Shown here: in pieces, positions 8,867 through 16,941 of the stretch
How positions within the stretch are numbered: position 1 is the first letter of the stretch
How the letters are laid out: every line of letters begins with the position of its first letter
Assembly (NCBI GenBank): GCA_038214755.1
Contig: JBBQRQ010000050.1
Span: 1 to 36,321, forward strand
Origin: Verrucomicrobiota bacterium
Lineage (GTDB): Bacteria > Verrucomicrobiota > Verrucomicrobiia > Limisphaerales > CANJXF01
Length of the DNA stretch: 36,321 nt
Direction of reading: 5' to 3'
Program-made: the position numbers and the translations under genes
The notes under the pieces: generated by a model
What the model was told of the DNA's origin: nothing
What the model saw: the letters and a program-made list of their open reading frames with translations, nothing else
The model's database searches: none

Positions 8867-10126
8867 ATGAACGCTAAAGGTATTCTTGTCTTCTCGTTGG
8901 CCGCTAATTTCGGATTGCTCGGCGTAGTTATTTTTCTGCTCGCCAAACCGCCGGCCACCCATCCCGCTGGAGCCGCGCAGAATAATTCGTCCGCCGCGCC
9001 AGTTCAAAAAAACAAATCCAAATCCGCCGAGAAAATTTTCACCGTCTCCACCACGAACGCTCTGAAGATCGATTGGCACATGGTTGAGTCGGAAGATTAC
9101 CGGCAATATATCGCGAACCTCCGCTCCATCGGTTGTCCTGAGGAAACCATCCGCGACATCATAACGGCCGACGTAAATAAACTTTTCGAATCGCGCCGCA
9201 AACAGATGCAGGCCACTTCAACGAACAAATTCGAATTCTGGAAAGCGGGCAGCATGTTCGGCGCGATGATGGACGAAAATAAAATCAAGCAGCAGCAGGA
9301 GATGGCCAAAGAAAAACGCGAACTGCTCAAAACATTGCTCGGCGTCGAGCCGGAAGAAAAAGCCGACATGGCCCTCCTGGTGAATCCCTTTCAGGACATG
9401 CTCGATTTTCTTCCCGACAGCAAACAATCGAAAATCATTGAGCTCATGCAAACCTATCAGGCCAAAGCCATGAAGACTTTCAAAGATGGCGCTCCTGACG
9501 CGACCGACATGAAACAAATGCAAAAGGTGCAAAAAGAAATGGAAGCGGAAATGGCAAAAATTCTCACGCCGGATGAAATGGAAAATTATCAACTGCGTCT
9601 CTCGCAAACTTCCATGATGATGCGAATGCAATTGGCCAGCTTCGATCCCAACGAACAGGAGTTTCGCGACATTTTCAAATTACGAAAAAAATTCGACGAC
9701 GAAAATGGCGTGATGGGCATGGGTTTGTCGGATGACAACGATAAAATGAAAACGGCCCAGAAAGAGTTGAACGATCAGATCAAAGGAATTTTAGGGCCGG
9801 ATCGCTATCCCGATTACGAACGCGCCCAGGATTACGCTTATCAAGCCATCGCGAAAGTGGCGCAGCGGGAAGGTCTGCCCAAAGAGGCGGGCGTCAAAGT
9901 TTACGACATGAAAAAAGCCGCGGAAGAGGAAGCCAAAAAAGTTCGCGCCGACAAAGCGCTTTCCGATGAGCAGCGCAAATCCGCGCTGCAAGCCATTCGC
10001 ACTGAGACCGAACGTTCGATGGGTGAAGTGCTGGGACAAAAAGGGTTCGACTCTTATCAGAAACAACCCACCGCCTATTGGTTGCGCAGCATCAGTCCGA
10101 ATCCAAAAAGCGCGGAGACGAAATAG
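8867..10126 (+). CDS. Hypothetical membrane-anchored alpha-helical protein
   Basis: 419-aa ORF with N-terminal TM segment, 'W..VESEDYRQYIANLRSIGCPEETIRDII' motif and a K/E/M-rich helical body. Confidence 0.75.
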   Translation: MNAKGILVFSLAANFGLLGVVIFLLAKPPATHPAGAAQNNSSAAPVQKNKSKSAEKIFTVSTTNALKIDWHMVESEDYRQYIANLRSIGCPEETIRDIITADVNKLFESRRKQMQATSTNKFEFWKAGSMFGAMMDENKIKQQQEMAKEKRELLKTLLGVEPEEKADMALLVNPFQDMLDFLPDSKQSKIIELMQTYQAKAMKTFKDGAPDATDMKQMQKVQKEMEAEMAKILTPDEMENYQLRLSQTSMMMRMQLASFDPNEQEFRDIFKLRKKFDDENGVMGMGLSDDNDKMKTAQKELNDQIKGILGPDRYPDYERAQDYAYQAIAKVAQREGLPKEAGVKVYDMKKAAEEEAKKVRADKALSDEQRKSALQAIRTETERSMGEVLGQKGFDSYQKQPTAYWLRSISPNPKSAETK

Positions 10127-10153
10127 ACCGGGATTTTTCCGGCTGCTGGCTCG

Positions 10154-10183
10154 TTGACTGTTCAAATCGAACGAGCGTATTCT
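10154..10183 (+). promoter_or_regulatory. Sigma70-like promoter, probably leaderless
   Basis: TTGACT-18bp-TATTCT, 6 nt before ATG 10190. Confidence 0.5.
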
Positions 10184-10189
10184 GATGAC

Positions 10190-10528
10190 ATGACCGAAAC
10201 GGCCGTCTATCCGCACTTTGAAAAACTCTCCGGCGAATCTGCGCGATTGAAGCAACATCCGCGCACTCGAGTTTCGATGATTGTCACCGACTACCAAGGA
10301 CGCGGGTAGACAGCCGAGGAAATTGTTTTGCATTATCCGTATCTCACGCTCGCGGAAGTTCACGCGGTACTGGCTTATTACCACGATCATCGAGCGGAAA
10401 TGGATCGTGAATTGGCGGACGAATTGGCCGAGACGGAACGAGGACCAAAAAGTGCGCCCATCACTCCTTTGCTGGCAAAACTACGCGCGCGCAAAACAGA
10501 GCCATCAAGCGCGCGCGTGCCAACCTAA
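10190..10528 (+). pseudogene. DUF433-family antitoxin with in-frame TAG
   Basis: MTETAVYPHF...PRTRVSMIVTDYQGRG*TAEEIVLHYPYLTLAEVHAVLAYYHDH; TAG at 10307-10309 is in frame with both halves. Confidence 0.8.
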
Positions 10529-10538
10529 AATTGTTTCA

Positions 10539-10760
10539 ATGAAAAAAGAACTAATTTTCCAAATCCAGCAAGAAGAAGGAACCTTCGTAGCGGTTTGCCA
10601 TCAACCCGAAATGGCAACTCAAGGCGACACGTTGGAAGAACTCGTCGGCATGATTAAAGACCTTGTCCACTGCCGATTCGAAGCGCGCGACGAGCAATCG
10701 CATTGGCCGATTCGGTTGCACTTTGTGAATGATCCTGTTCTTGTTGAGGCCCAAGCGTGA
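10539..10760 (+). CDS. HicB-like antitoxin
   Basis: 'EEGTFVAVC...ATQGDTLEEL..MIKD' HicB-type motif; the stop overlaps the hicA-like start (GTGA). Confidence 0.75.
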   Translation: MKKELIFQIQQEEGTFVAVCHQPEMATQGDTLEELVGMIKDLVHCRFEARDEQSHWPIRLHFVNDPVLVEAQA

Positions 10761-10974
10761 AGCTGCCACGGGATTTGTCCGGGGACGAAGTTTGCAAAGC
10801 TTTGCGACGGCTCGGATTTCAATTTCGCAATCAAACCGGTTCGCATCGACATTATGTGAAAGGGAACTTGCATATCCTTGCGTTCCAATGCACCGCAGCT
10901 TGAAGCCGAAGACGCTCCAATCCATTCTCAAGCAGGCGAATCTTTCCATCGAAGAATTGAAAGACGCGCTTTAA
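10757..10974 (+). pseudogene. HicA-like toxin, frameshifted
   Basis: MKLPRDLSGDEVCKALRRLGF..QTGSHRHY, then a frameshift at ~10874 (CAT-AT-CCT) into PCVPMHRSLKPKTLQSILKQA. Confidence 0.8.
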
Positions 10975-10981
10975 AATTGCT

Positions 10982-11053
10982 GTGATTTCTTTTGTTCAAC
11001 GCGGCGAACTCCGCGACCTCTACGACAAAGTCGCAGCGGGCGAGCGCATTTCC
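10982..11053 (+). pseudogene. Diverged duplicate of the mqnE 5' end
   Basis: VISFVQRGELRDLYDKVAAGERIS vs MqnE MNFLIQHSDLRNLYDKIEAGERIS (13/24 identical, ungapped). Confidence 0.8.
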
Positions 11054-11092
11054 GCATTTGCCCGCACTCCGTTTTTCTGTTCTATTTGAGGC

Positions 11093-11350
11093 ATGACGAT
11101 TCGCGCTCTGGAAAAAGAAGTCTTGGATTTGCCGCCACGTTCGCGCGTCCGCTTCGCGGAGAAAATCATCGAAAGCCTGGATGATTTCACCAGTGCGGAA
11201 ATCGAATCGGCGTGGTCGGAGGAGATTGGCCCGCGCGTGAAGGAAATCGAATCCGGCAAAGCCCAGGGAATTCCCGCTTCGGAAGCAATGGCCAAGGCGC
11301 GCCGCGCATTGAATGAAACCCGTCAAATATCATCGGCTCGCCGAAAGTGA
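11093..11350 (+). CDS. Addiction-module antitoxin component
   Basis: 'VLDLPPRSRVRFAEKIIESLD...AWSEEI..RVKEIESGK' pattern; directly upstream of a RelE/ParE toxin. Confidence 0.8.
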   Translation: MTIRALEKEVLDLPPRSRVRFAEKIIESLDDFTSAEIESAWSEEIGPRVKEIESGKAQGIPASEAMAKARRALNETRQISSARRK

Positions 11351-11609
11351 ACTGATCGAATCGGCGAAGTTTTTTGAGCGTCGCCGGGAATTTCTCGGGG
11401 ATAACTTTCTCGACCTAATCGAGGAGACGTTGGCAAAAATCCAAACTAATCCCGATGTGGGCAAGCCGGGAAAGTTCCGCACGCGGAGTTGGAAGGTGAG
11501 GCGTTTTCCGTTCCGTATCGTTTATCTCGAACAGACCGAACGCATCTGGATCGTAGCCGTGGCGCACTTGAGTCGCAAACCGAACTACTGGCTCGATAGG
11601 TTGGATTAG
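11313..11609 (+). CDS. RelE/ParE-family toxin
   Basis: 'HRLAESEL...RRFPFRIVY...IVAVAHLSRKPNYW'. Confidence 0.85.
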   Translation: MKPVKYHRLAESELIESAKFFERRREFLGDNFLDLIEETLAKIQTNPDVGKPGKFRTRSWKVRRFPFRIVYLEQTERIWIVAVAHLSRKPNYWLDRLD

Positions 11610-11616
11610 CAACAAC

Positions 11617-12927
11617 ATGAATTTTCTCATCCAACACAGCGACCTACGCAACCTCTACGACAAAATAGAGGCAGGCGAACGGATTTCCGACGCCGACGCG
11701 CTGCGACTTTTTGAAACGAAAGATTTAAACGCACTCGGCTCAATCGCGGATTTGGTTTGTCAGCGGAAAAATGGAAATCGCGCCAGCTACATCATCAATC
11801 GCTACATCAATTATTCCAACTATTGCATTCTAAGCTGCCAATTTTGCGCCTTCGCTCGGAAGAAACGCGACGCCGATGGTTTTCAATTCACTGTCGAAGA
11901 GATCGTGCAAAAGGCGCGAGAAGCGTTGGCGCTGGGCATCACGGAATTGCACATCGTCGGCGGACTTCATCCTTCGTTGCCGTTCAGTTATTACACCGAA
12001 ATGCTCAAGGCGTTGAGCGCGCTCAATGATGAAATGGGGAGCGCACGCGTCCCGCGTGCAAGTTCGGGCGTCGCGCCCGAACTTTCCGAAGCACCTCAAG
12101 GAAAAGAGCCAGTGAAACAAAGTTTTCGGCGCGACGCCGAAAACCACACGCCAGAGGCGTGCGCTCCCAAACTGCAATTGAAATGCTTCACCGCAATTGA
12201 AATTTTGCATCTTGCCTGGCTCGCGAAAAAATCCGTGCGCGAAACACTCATTGAATTGAAAGAAGCCGGTTTGGAATCGCTCACCGGCGGAGGCGCGGAA
12301 ATCTTTCGCAAAGAAATTCGCTCGCAAATCGCCAAAGGAAAAGAGTCCGCCGAAGAATATATCGACGTCCATCGCACCTGGCATCAACTCGGCGGACGCA
12401 GCACTTGCACGATGCTTTATGGTCACGTGGAATCTCTCGCTGACCGCGTGAATCATTTGAGTTACCTGCGCAATCTCCAAGATGAAACCCACGGCTTCGT
12501 CGGCTTCGTTCCGTTGCCGTATCAACCGGAAAACAATCAAATCGCCGTGGAAAATCCGCCGACTGGTTTCGATTCGCTCCGCACCATCGCCGTGAGCCGG
12601 ATTTATTTGGACAACTTCGATCACATCACCGCGTATTGGGTCGGGATGGGATTGAAACTCGCGCAAGTCGCCTTGAGCTACGGCGCGGACGATATCCACG
12701 GCACGATCATCGAAGAAAATATTTTTCGCATGGCCGGGACCAAAGCGCCGCAACTCCAAACCGAAACCGAAATGGTCAAAGCTATCCGCGAAGTTGGTCG
12801 AACGCCGGTGCAGCGAAATACCTTTTACGAGCCGATAAAAGTTTGGGACGCCGCGCCAACCGCCACAGAAGTTGAACCATCGCCGAGCAAATCCACCATG
12901 TTGGAAGATAATCTGGCGACGGCGTGA
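11617..12927 (+). CDS. mqnE: Aminofutalosine synthase MqnE (CofH/MqnC-like radical SAM)
   Basis: 'NYSNYCILSCQFCAF' CxxxCxxC motif, 'ELHIVGGLHP', 'GGGAEIF', 'AYWVGMG', 'LAQVALSYGADD'; mqnA lies downstream. Confidence 0.82.
   Translation: MNFLIQHSDLRNLYDKIEAGERISDADALRLFETKDLNALGSIADLVCQRKNGNRASYIINRYINYSNYCILSCQFCAFARKKRDADGFQFTVEEIVQKAREALALGITELHIVGGLHPSLPFSYYTEMLKALSALNDEMGSARVPRASSGVAPELSEAPQGKEPVKQSFRRDAENHTPEACAPKLQLKCFTAIEILHLAWLAKKSVRETLIELKEAGLESLTGGGAEIFRKEIRSQIAKGKESAEEYIDVHRTWHQLGGRSTCTMLYGHVESLADRVNHLSYLRNLQDETHGFVGFVPLPYQPENNQIAVENPPTGFDSLRTIAVSRIYLDNFDHITAYWVGMGLKLAQVALSYGADDIHGTIIEENIFRMAGTKAPQLQTETEMVKAIREVGRTPVQRNTFYEPIKVWDAAPTATEVEPSPSKSTMLEDNLATA
12037..12168. repeat. 132-bp REP-like doublet inserted in frame within mqnE
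   Basis: GGGAGCGCACGC ... GCGTGCGCTCCC terminal IR with internal hairpins; length equals 44 codons. Confidence 0.85.
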
Positions 12928-12975
12928 AGCTGAACTTCCCGTTACAACCAAAACCGTTCTGCGTAAAATAAAGCC

Positions 12976-13158
12976 ATAAACAAAGCAGCTACACTTAACG
13001 TTCAGGAAGCGCATCACAAAGCGCGGGCCGAACACTATCTGGCCGAGACGCAGAAGATTCTCCGCCAGTTCGCGACCGATCGGCAACGGGCAGCGCGACG
13101 TCCGCGATCACAGTCCAATCTTGTCCAGCAGGTGAAAGAAATTCTCTACGGCAAATAG
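12976..13158 (+). pseudogene. Small ORF (60 aa) with an ATA start, possible decayed accessory gene
   Basis: Stop-free frame INKAATL...EILYGK*, starting 6 nt after TAAAAT, where a leaderless ATG would be expected. Confidence 0.4.
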
Positions 13159-13161
13159 CCT

Positions 13162-13425
13162 ATGAGCGCATTGGAAGCAGCCGAAGAAATCCTCGCCAAA
13201 CTCTCGCGGGCGGAGAAGGCGCAGTTGCTGCGCTGCACGGCCAGCGATTTGAGTGATGCCTTTCCCGGCATTGAAAGTCGTCCCGGTGTGTGTGGCGGCG
13301 AGCCGTGCGTCGTCCGCACGCGCATTCCCGTGTGGGTGCTGGAACAAGCGCGTCGGCTTCCAACGAAAACTTTTCACTGCCGGTCGTCGAAAAACTTCGC
13401 GCCCTTGGCCAGGAGGTATTGACCA
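13162..13425 (+). pseudogene. Deletion fusion of a DUF433 antitoxin N-half and a DUF5615 (PIN-like) toxin N-terminal fragment
   Basis: 'IESRPGVCGGEPCVVRTRIPVWVL' ends at ~13359; 'NENFSLPVVEKLRALGQEVLT' follows in another frame. Confidence 0.75.
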
Positions 13426-13474
13426 GCCGACGGGCAGATCCAAAGTGCTGGAAGATAATGTGGCGACGGCGTGA
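13426..13474 (+). pseudogene. Duplicate of the mqnE 3' end (short copy)
   Basis: PTGRSKVLEDNVATA* vs MqnE PSKSTMLEDNLATA*. Confidence 0.85.
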
Positions 13475-13517
13475 CGCCCGTCCGGTTGAGAAGATTGGCT
13501 CGACGGCGCATTGCATT

Positions 13518-13560
13518 TCATCAAAACACGTTTTGACAAACCATGTTTTGATGATATGCT
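13518..13560 (+). promoter_or_regulatory. Promoter with overlapping palindromic operator
   Basis: TTGACA-16bp-TATGCT (extended TG); TCATCAAAACA / TGTTTTGATGA inverted repeat spans the -35 box. Confidence 0.65.
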
Positions 13561-13569
13561 CGCGGCACC

Positions 13570-15018
13570 ATGAGCTTTCAAGGTCGCGACCGTGAACTGA
13601 AGACGTTACAGGAAGCGTGGCGCTCGGAGCGCAGCGGCTTCATCCCCATTTACGGGCGTCGTCGCGTGGGCAAGAGCGAATTGATCGTTCACTTCATGTC
13701 CGGCAATCCCGGCCTCTACTTTGTGGGAAAGCGCGCGCCGGGCGAAGCGCAGCTTCAGGAGTTTTTGGAGGCAGCCGCCCGCGCCGTGGGCGAACCCTTG
13801 CTGGCGCAAACGCGTGTCACCACCTGGAAGGCCGCCCTGCAACTGCTCGTCGAGCGATTGCCCGCCGGGAAAAAATTCATCCTCGCACTGGATGAGTTCC
13901 AGTGGATTGCCGAGGCGTGCCCGGAACTTCCCTCCGTCTTGCAGGAACTGTGGGATCGCTCCTGGTCGCGCTCCGGGCGCATCCTGCTCATCCTGTGCGG
14001 TTCATATCTGGGCTTCATGGAACGCGAAGTGCTGGGCCAGAAAAGCCCGCTGTTCGGGCGGCGCACCGCGCAAATTCTCCTGCGTCCTTTCAATCATCTC
14101 GACGCCGCCCGGTTTCACCCGCGTCTTTCGGTGGTGGATCGCGCGCGGGTTTACGCGCTGTGCGGGGGCGTGCCGGCCTACCTGCTGGCCTTCGATGGCG
14201 CGCGTTCCGTGGAGCAGAATATCATGGCGCAAGTGCTGAATGACAACGCCCCGCTGGCCCGCGAGCCCGATTTTCTGCTGCGCGAAGAATTGCGCGATCT
14301 GGTGCCCTATCATGCCGTGTTGATGGCCTTGGCGCAGGGCAAGAGCAGTCCGGCGCAACTGGAAAAATCCACCGGCATTGACGTGCGCGGACTCAATTAT
14401 CATCTCAACACGCTCGTCGAACTGGGCTACGTTCAACGCCGCTATCCGATCACCGAATCCAAACCCAGCGTGCGCTCGGTTCGTTACGCGCTGGACGACC
14501 CGCTGCTGCGGTTCTGGTTTCGATTTGTTTTTCCGCATCAGAGCGTGTTGCGTATGCTTGGGCCGGAGCGCGGGTTTGCGGAAATCGTCCGGCCTGAACT
14601 GGACGCCTATTTCGGTCGCTGTTTCGAGCGTCTCTGCCGCGAATGTCTCCCGTTGCTTTACGCCCGCGAAGGCGTCCGCGCCGCGTTTACCGTGGGCGAA
14701 TACTGGAATGCGGAAGTGCAAATAGACGTGGTGGGCGTGCGCGCCGACAACTGGACCGACCTGGGCGAATGTAAATGGGGCGTGGTGAACTCGCGGCCAG
14801 CGCTGGCCGCCGAACTCGACGCCAAAGTGCCGCGCTTCCCCAACGCCCGCAACGCGACGATCCAGCGCCGGCTCTTTGTGAAGGCGCTGAAATCCAAACC
14901 GCGCCAACCGCCCGCCGGTGTGACCCTGCACACTTTGGAAGATTTGTACGAATTGGACCCAGTGGGCGATAGAATTGGAAAAATGAAAACAAGCACCGCC
15001 ATTGCAGACCGAAGCTGA
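13570..15018 (+). CDS. Archaeal-type AAA ATPase with wHTH, DUF234 and a C-terminal PD-(D/E)xK nuclease-like domain
   Basis: Walker A 'YGRRRVGKS', Walker B 'LALDEFQ', 'DPLLRFWFRF', 'QIDVV...GECKW'. Visibly more GC-rich than its neighbours. Confidence 0.85.
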   Translation: MSFQGRDRELKTLQEAWRSERSGFIPIYGRRRVGKSELIVHFMSGNPGLYFVGKRAPGEAQLQEFLEAAARAVGEPLLAQTRVTTWKAALQLLVERLPAGKKFILALDEFQWIAEACPELPSVLQELWDRSWSRSGRILLILCGSYLGFMEREVLGQKSPLFGRRTAQILLRPFNHLDAARFHPRLSVVDRARVYALCGGVPAYLLAFDGARSVEQNIMAQVLNDNAPLAREPDFLLREELRDLVPYHAVLMALAQGKSSPAQLEKSTGIDVRGLNYHLNTLVELGYVQRRYPITESKPSVRSVRYALDDPLLRFWFRFVFPHQSVLRMLGPERGFAEIVRPELDAYFGRCFERLCRECLPLLYAREGVRAAFTVGEYWNAEVQIDVVGVRADNWTDLGECKWGVVNSRPALAAELDAKVPRFPNARNATIQRRLFVKALKSKPRQPPAGVTLHTLEDLYELDPVGDRIGKMKTSTAIADRS

Positions 15019-15163
15019 AAAGGTCAAAGCCATCCGCCCGCCGGTGCAGCGAAATACTTTTTACGAACCGATAAAAGTTTGGGAGTCTTCGTCAACTGTC
15101 ACTCAAGCGGAACTGCCGACGAATAAATCCAAACTGTTGGAAGATAATTTGGCGACGGCGTAA
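14991..15163 (+). pseudogene. Duplicate of the mqnE 3' end (long copy, 12-nt internal deletion)
   Basis: APPLQTEAEKVKAIR----PPVQRNTFYEPIKVW...LLEDNLATA* aligns to mqnE 12743-12927. Confidence 0.9.
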
Positions 15164-15171
15164 ATAAAATC

Positions 15172-15951
15172 TTACGCAGCAAGCTTGATTATTTTACGCT
15201 GAAAATCTTCTGTTGCATCCAAAGAGGCAACCATTTCTCCACCTACATTTGATAATCGCGCTAAATCAGCGCGAGGAATTGCCTGTTGGTCCTGAAAGAT
15301 GAGGAGTGAATCAAATTCTACTTTTGCCCGCAACCAATGCTCCAACACAATAGTCACGAGGCGAGCTTTATCGCGGGTTGCAACACCAAACAAGAACAAG
15401 GGCGCACGCTTACCTTCAATGCGGAAGTCAATTGGGTAACTCTCCGCTTGAGCGTGATCCGACAGAGTATAATCGGGCTGAATTTTTTCAGGAGCAACCA
15501 AACCGTAAAGTCTTTCCTTCAAATCTTCGTAAAAAGTGCTCGCTACCCACGCGCGATTCAAGAATGTCAGATCATAAATTCGCGTTAGAGCTTGGCCAAA
15601 CTGGAGAACATTCGTGCCTAATGTATCCAGGCTGGAGTCAAGGACGAGTTTGCCTTCTTCGTCCCGCAAACCCGAATCAGCCAAAACCTGGTCCAATAGC
15701 TTTCCACGGGTGCCTTCACGAAACTTGGCAAGATCGTTCTCATAGCTTAAGTGCATGAATGTGTGACCAAAATCAGTCAGTCGCACACTGCCTGCCGCCA
15801 CTTCTTCGAGATAAAGCTGAAACGTATCACCATCTGGAAAACTAAACGGAGTCACGATTTGCAAGTAACCTTGGCGTGTAGTGCGCACTTGAACTTCACC
15901 ACAAAGGGATTTGCAAAGTCGTTCTTTTAATTTGGGGAGGTCGAAAGTCAT
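15172..15951 (-). CDS. DUF1828/DUF1829-like protein
   Basis: 'IVTPFSFPDGDTFQLY...VRLTDFGHT' N-domain and 'YPIDFRI' nuclease-like C-domain; AT-richer codon usage. Confidence 0.7.
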   Translation of the reverse strand: MTFDLPKLKERLCKSLCGEVQVRTTRQGYLQIVTPFSFPDGDTFQLYLEEVAAGSVRLTDFGHTFMHLSYENDLAKFREGTRGKLLDQVLADSGLRDEEGKLVLDSSLDTLGTNVLQFGQALTRIYDLTFLNRAWVASTFYEDLKERLYGLVAPEKIQPDYTLSDHAQAESYPIDFRIEGKRAPLFLFGVATRDKARLVTIVLEHWLRAKVEFDSLLIFQDQQAIPRADLARLSNVGGEMVASLDATEDFQRKIIKLAA

Positions 15952-16430
15952 TCGAAAAGCTTCGGGTGATCAGCCTGTGTTTCAAGACCGGCGATGTTGC
16001 AATCCGCTGCCAGTCGGTGCAATGCGCCGTTGCATGTCTGATAAGAAAGGGCTGCTTCGGCAAAACCGTCTGGCTTCCGGTTTGCCCAGATGTATCGCTC
16101 GGTTGTTCGATGAATATGGCAGACGTAATCAAGGCTATTGCCTTCGATCCGATTTGGATGGCTATGACTCGAACCGTTGTAGCGGGCCAAAATCAGTTCT
16201 TCACCGCCAGCGGGCAACCACTGAAGGCCGCAAGAAAGTCATCATTGATTGTTGTGTTTTGTCGCACAAACAAACGAAATCGCTCGTCGCCATCCAAGCT
16301 CTCGACAATATTCACGCTTGTCATGGTTCGCATCAGCGACATTTCTCGCGGTTGGGTTGGTAACGCGTTTGAGCATGAGCAAGAGTTGCTTGATCCGTTC
16401 GTCAGTGAGTGATTCAAAAGCCATAGCCAT
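15948..16430 (-). pseudogene. Partner gene of the DUF1828 protein (DUF6978-like, HxN...HxH motifs) with two frameshifts
   Basis: MAFESLTDERI...KREY / VESLDGDERFRLFVRQN..DDF / CGLQWLPAGGEELILARYNGSSHSHPN..HIH; shifts at ~16307 and ~16235; the stop overlaps the next start (ATGA). Confidence 0.65.
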
Positions 16431-16545
16431 CAATTGAGCCAACGTGATGACGAACGTAACGAACTGTCAGCGAAGCGGCAATAAGGGATTCGCTCCGTTA
16501 CCCAAATGGCTGGAACAAAGTTTGGCTACGCCTTAACTTCCCGGC

Positions 16546-16941
16546 ATGTCTTATCATCGAGGCAAATATTATGTCTGGGCTGGTTTGGATGGCATTCACC
16601 TGTGGGCGGCTGATGGCGAGGATTCGTGGAAAGATTCTGGATGGGCCGAAGGCGTTAAACATTGGAAAGTAAAACGCGGACAGAAAGCAAGCGGTGTCCG
16701 TCTTCCAGAAACGGTTATGGACGAGTTTGTCGTCATGCGGTTTGCCGAATTGATCGACGAGAAAAAACTTGTTGCGACGATTCGGCGCGCCATCAAAGGC
16801 AAGCTCGGCAACTACGGTGAAGTCAGCTTGCGGCGTCATGCCAAAACCATTTTGAGAAAGCTGAAGGCTGTGAAGCCTTGTGTCGCGATAAAACAAAAGA
16901 AACGAAATCTCCGCCGCAAAAATCGCGCTCGTCCGCAATGA
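16546..16941 (+). CDS. Hypothetical protein
   Basis: 131-aa ORF with TAACTT 6 nt upstream; its stop overlaps the mqnA start (ATGA). Confidence 0.6.
   Translation: MSYHRGKYYVWAGLDGIHLWAADGEDSWKDSGWAEGVKHWKVKRGQKASGVRLPETVMDEFVVMRFAELIDEKKLVATIRRAIKGKLGNYGEVSLRRHAKTILRKLKAVKPCVAIKQKKRNLRRKNRARPQ

Noticed and set aside
10307..10309. TAG recoding (pyrrolysine or alternative genetic code) in DUF433
   Set aside because: TAG terminates other genes here normally and neighbouring TA genes are also damaged; a nonsense mutation is the simpler explanation.
12803..15163. Diversity-generating retroelement TR/VR interpretation of the mqnE 3' copies
   Set aside because: Differences are not adenine-restricted and there is no reverse transcriptase in the window.
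16904..16916. AAATCTCCGCCGC shared with the mqnA interior (~17600)
   Set aside because: Short match with no extension and no matching boundary; probably chance.
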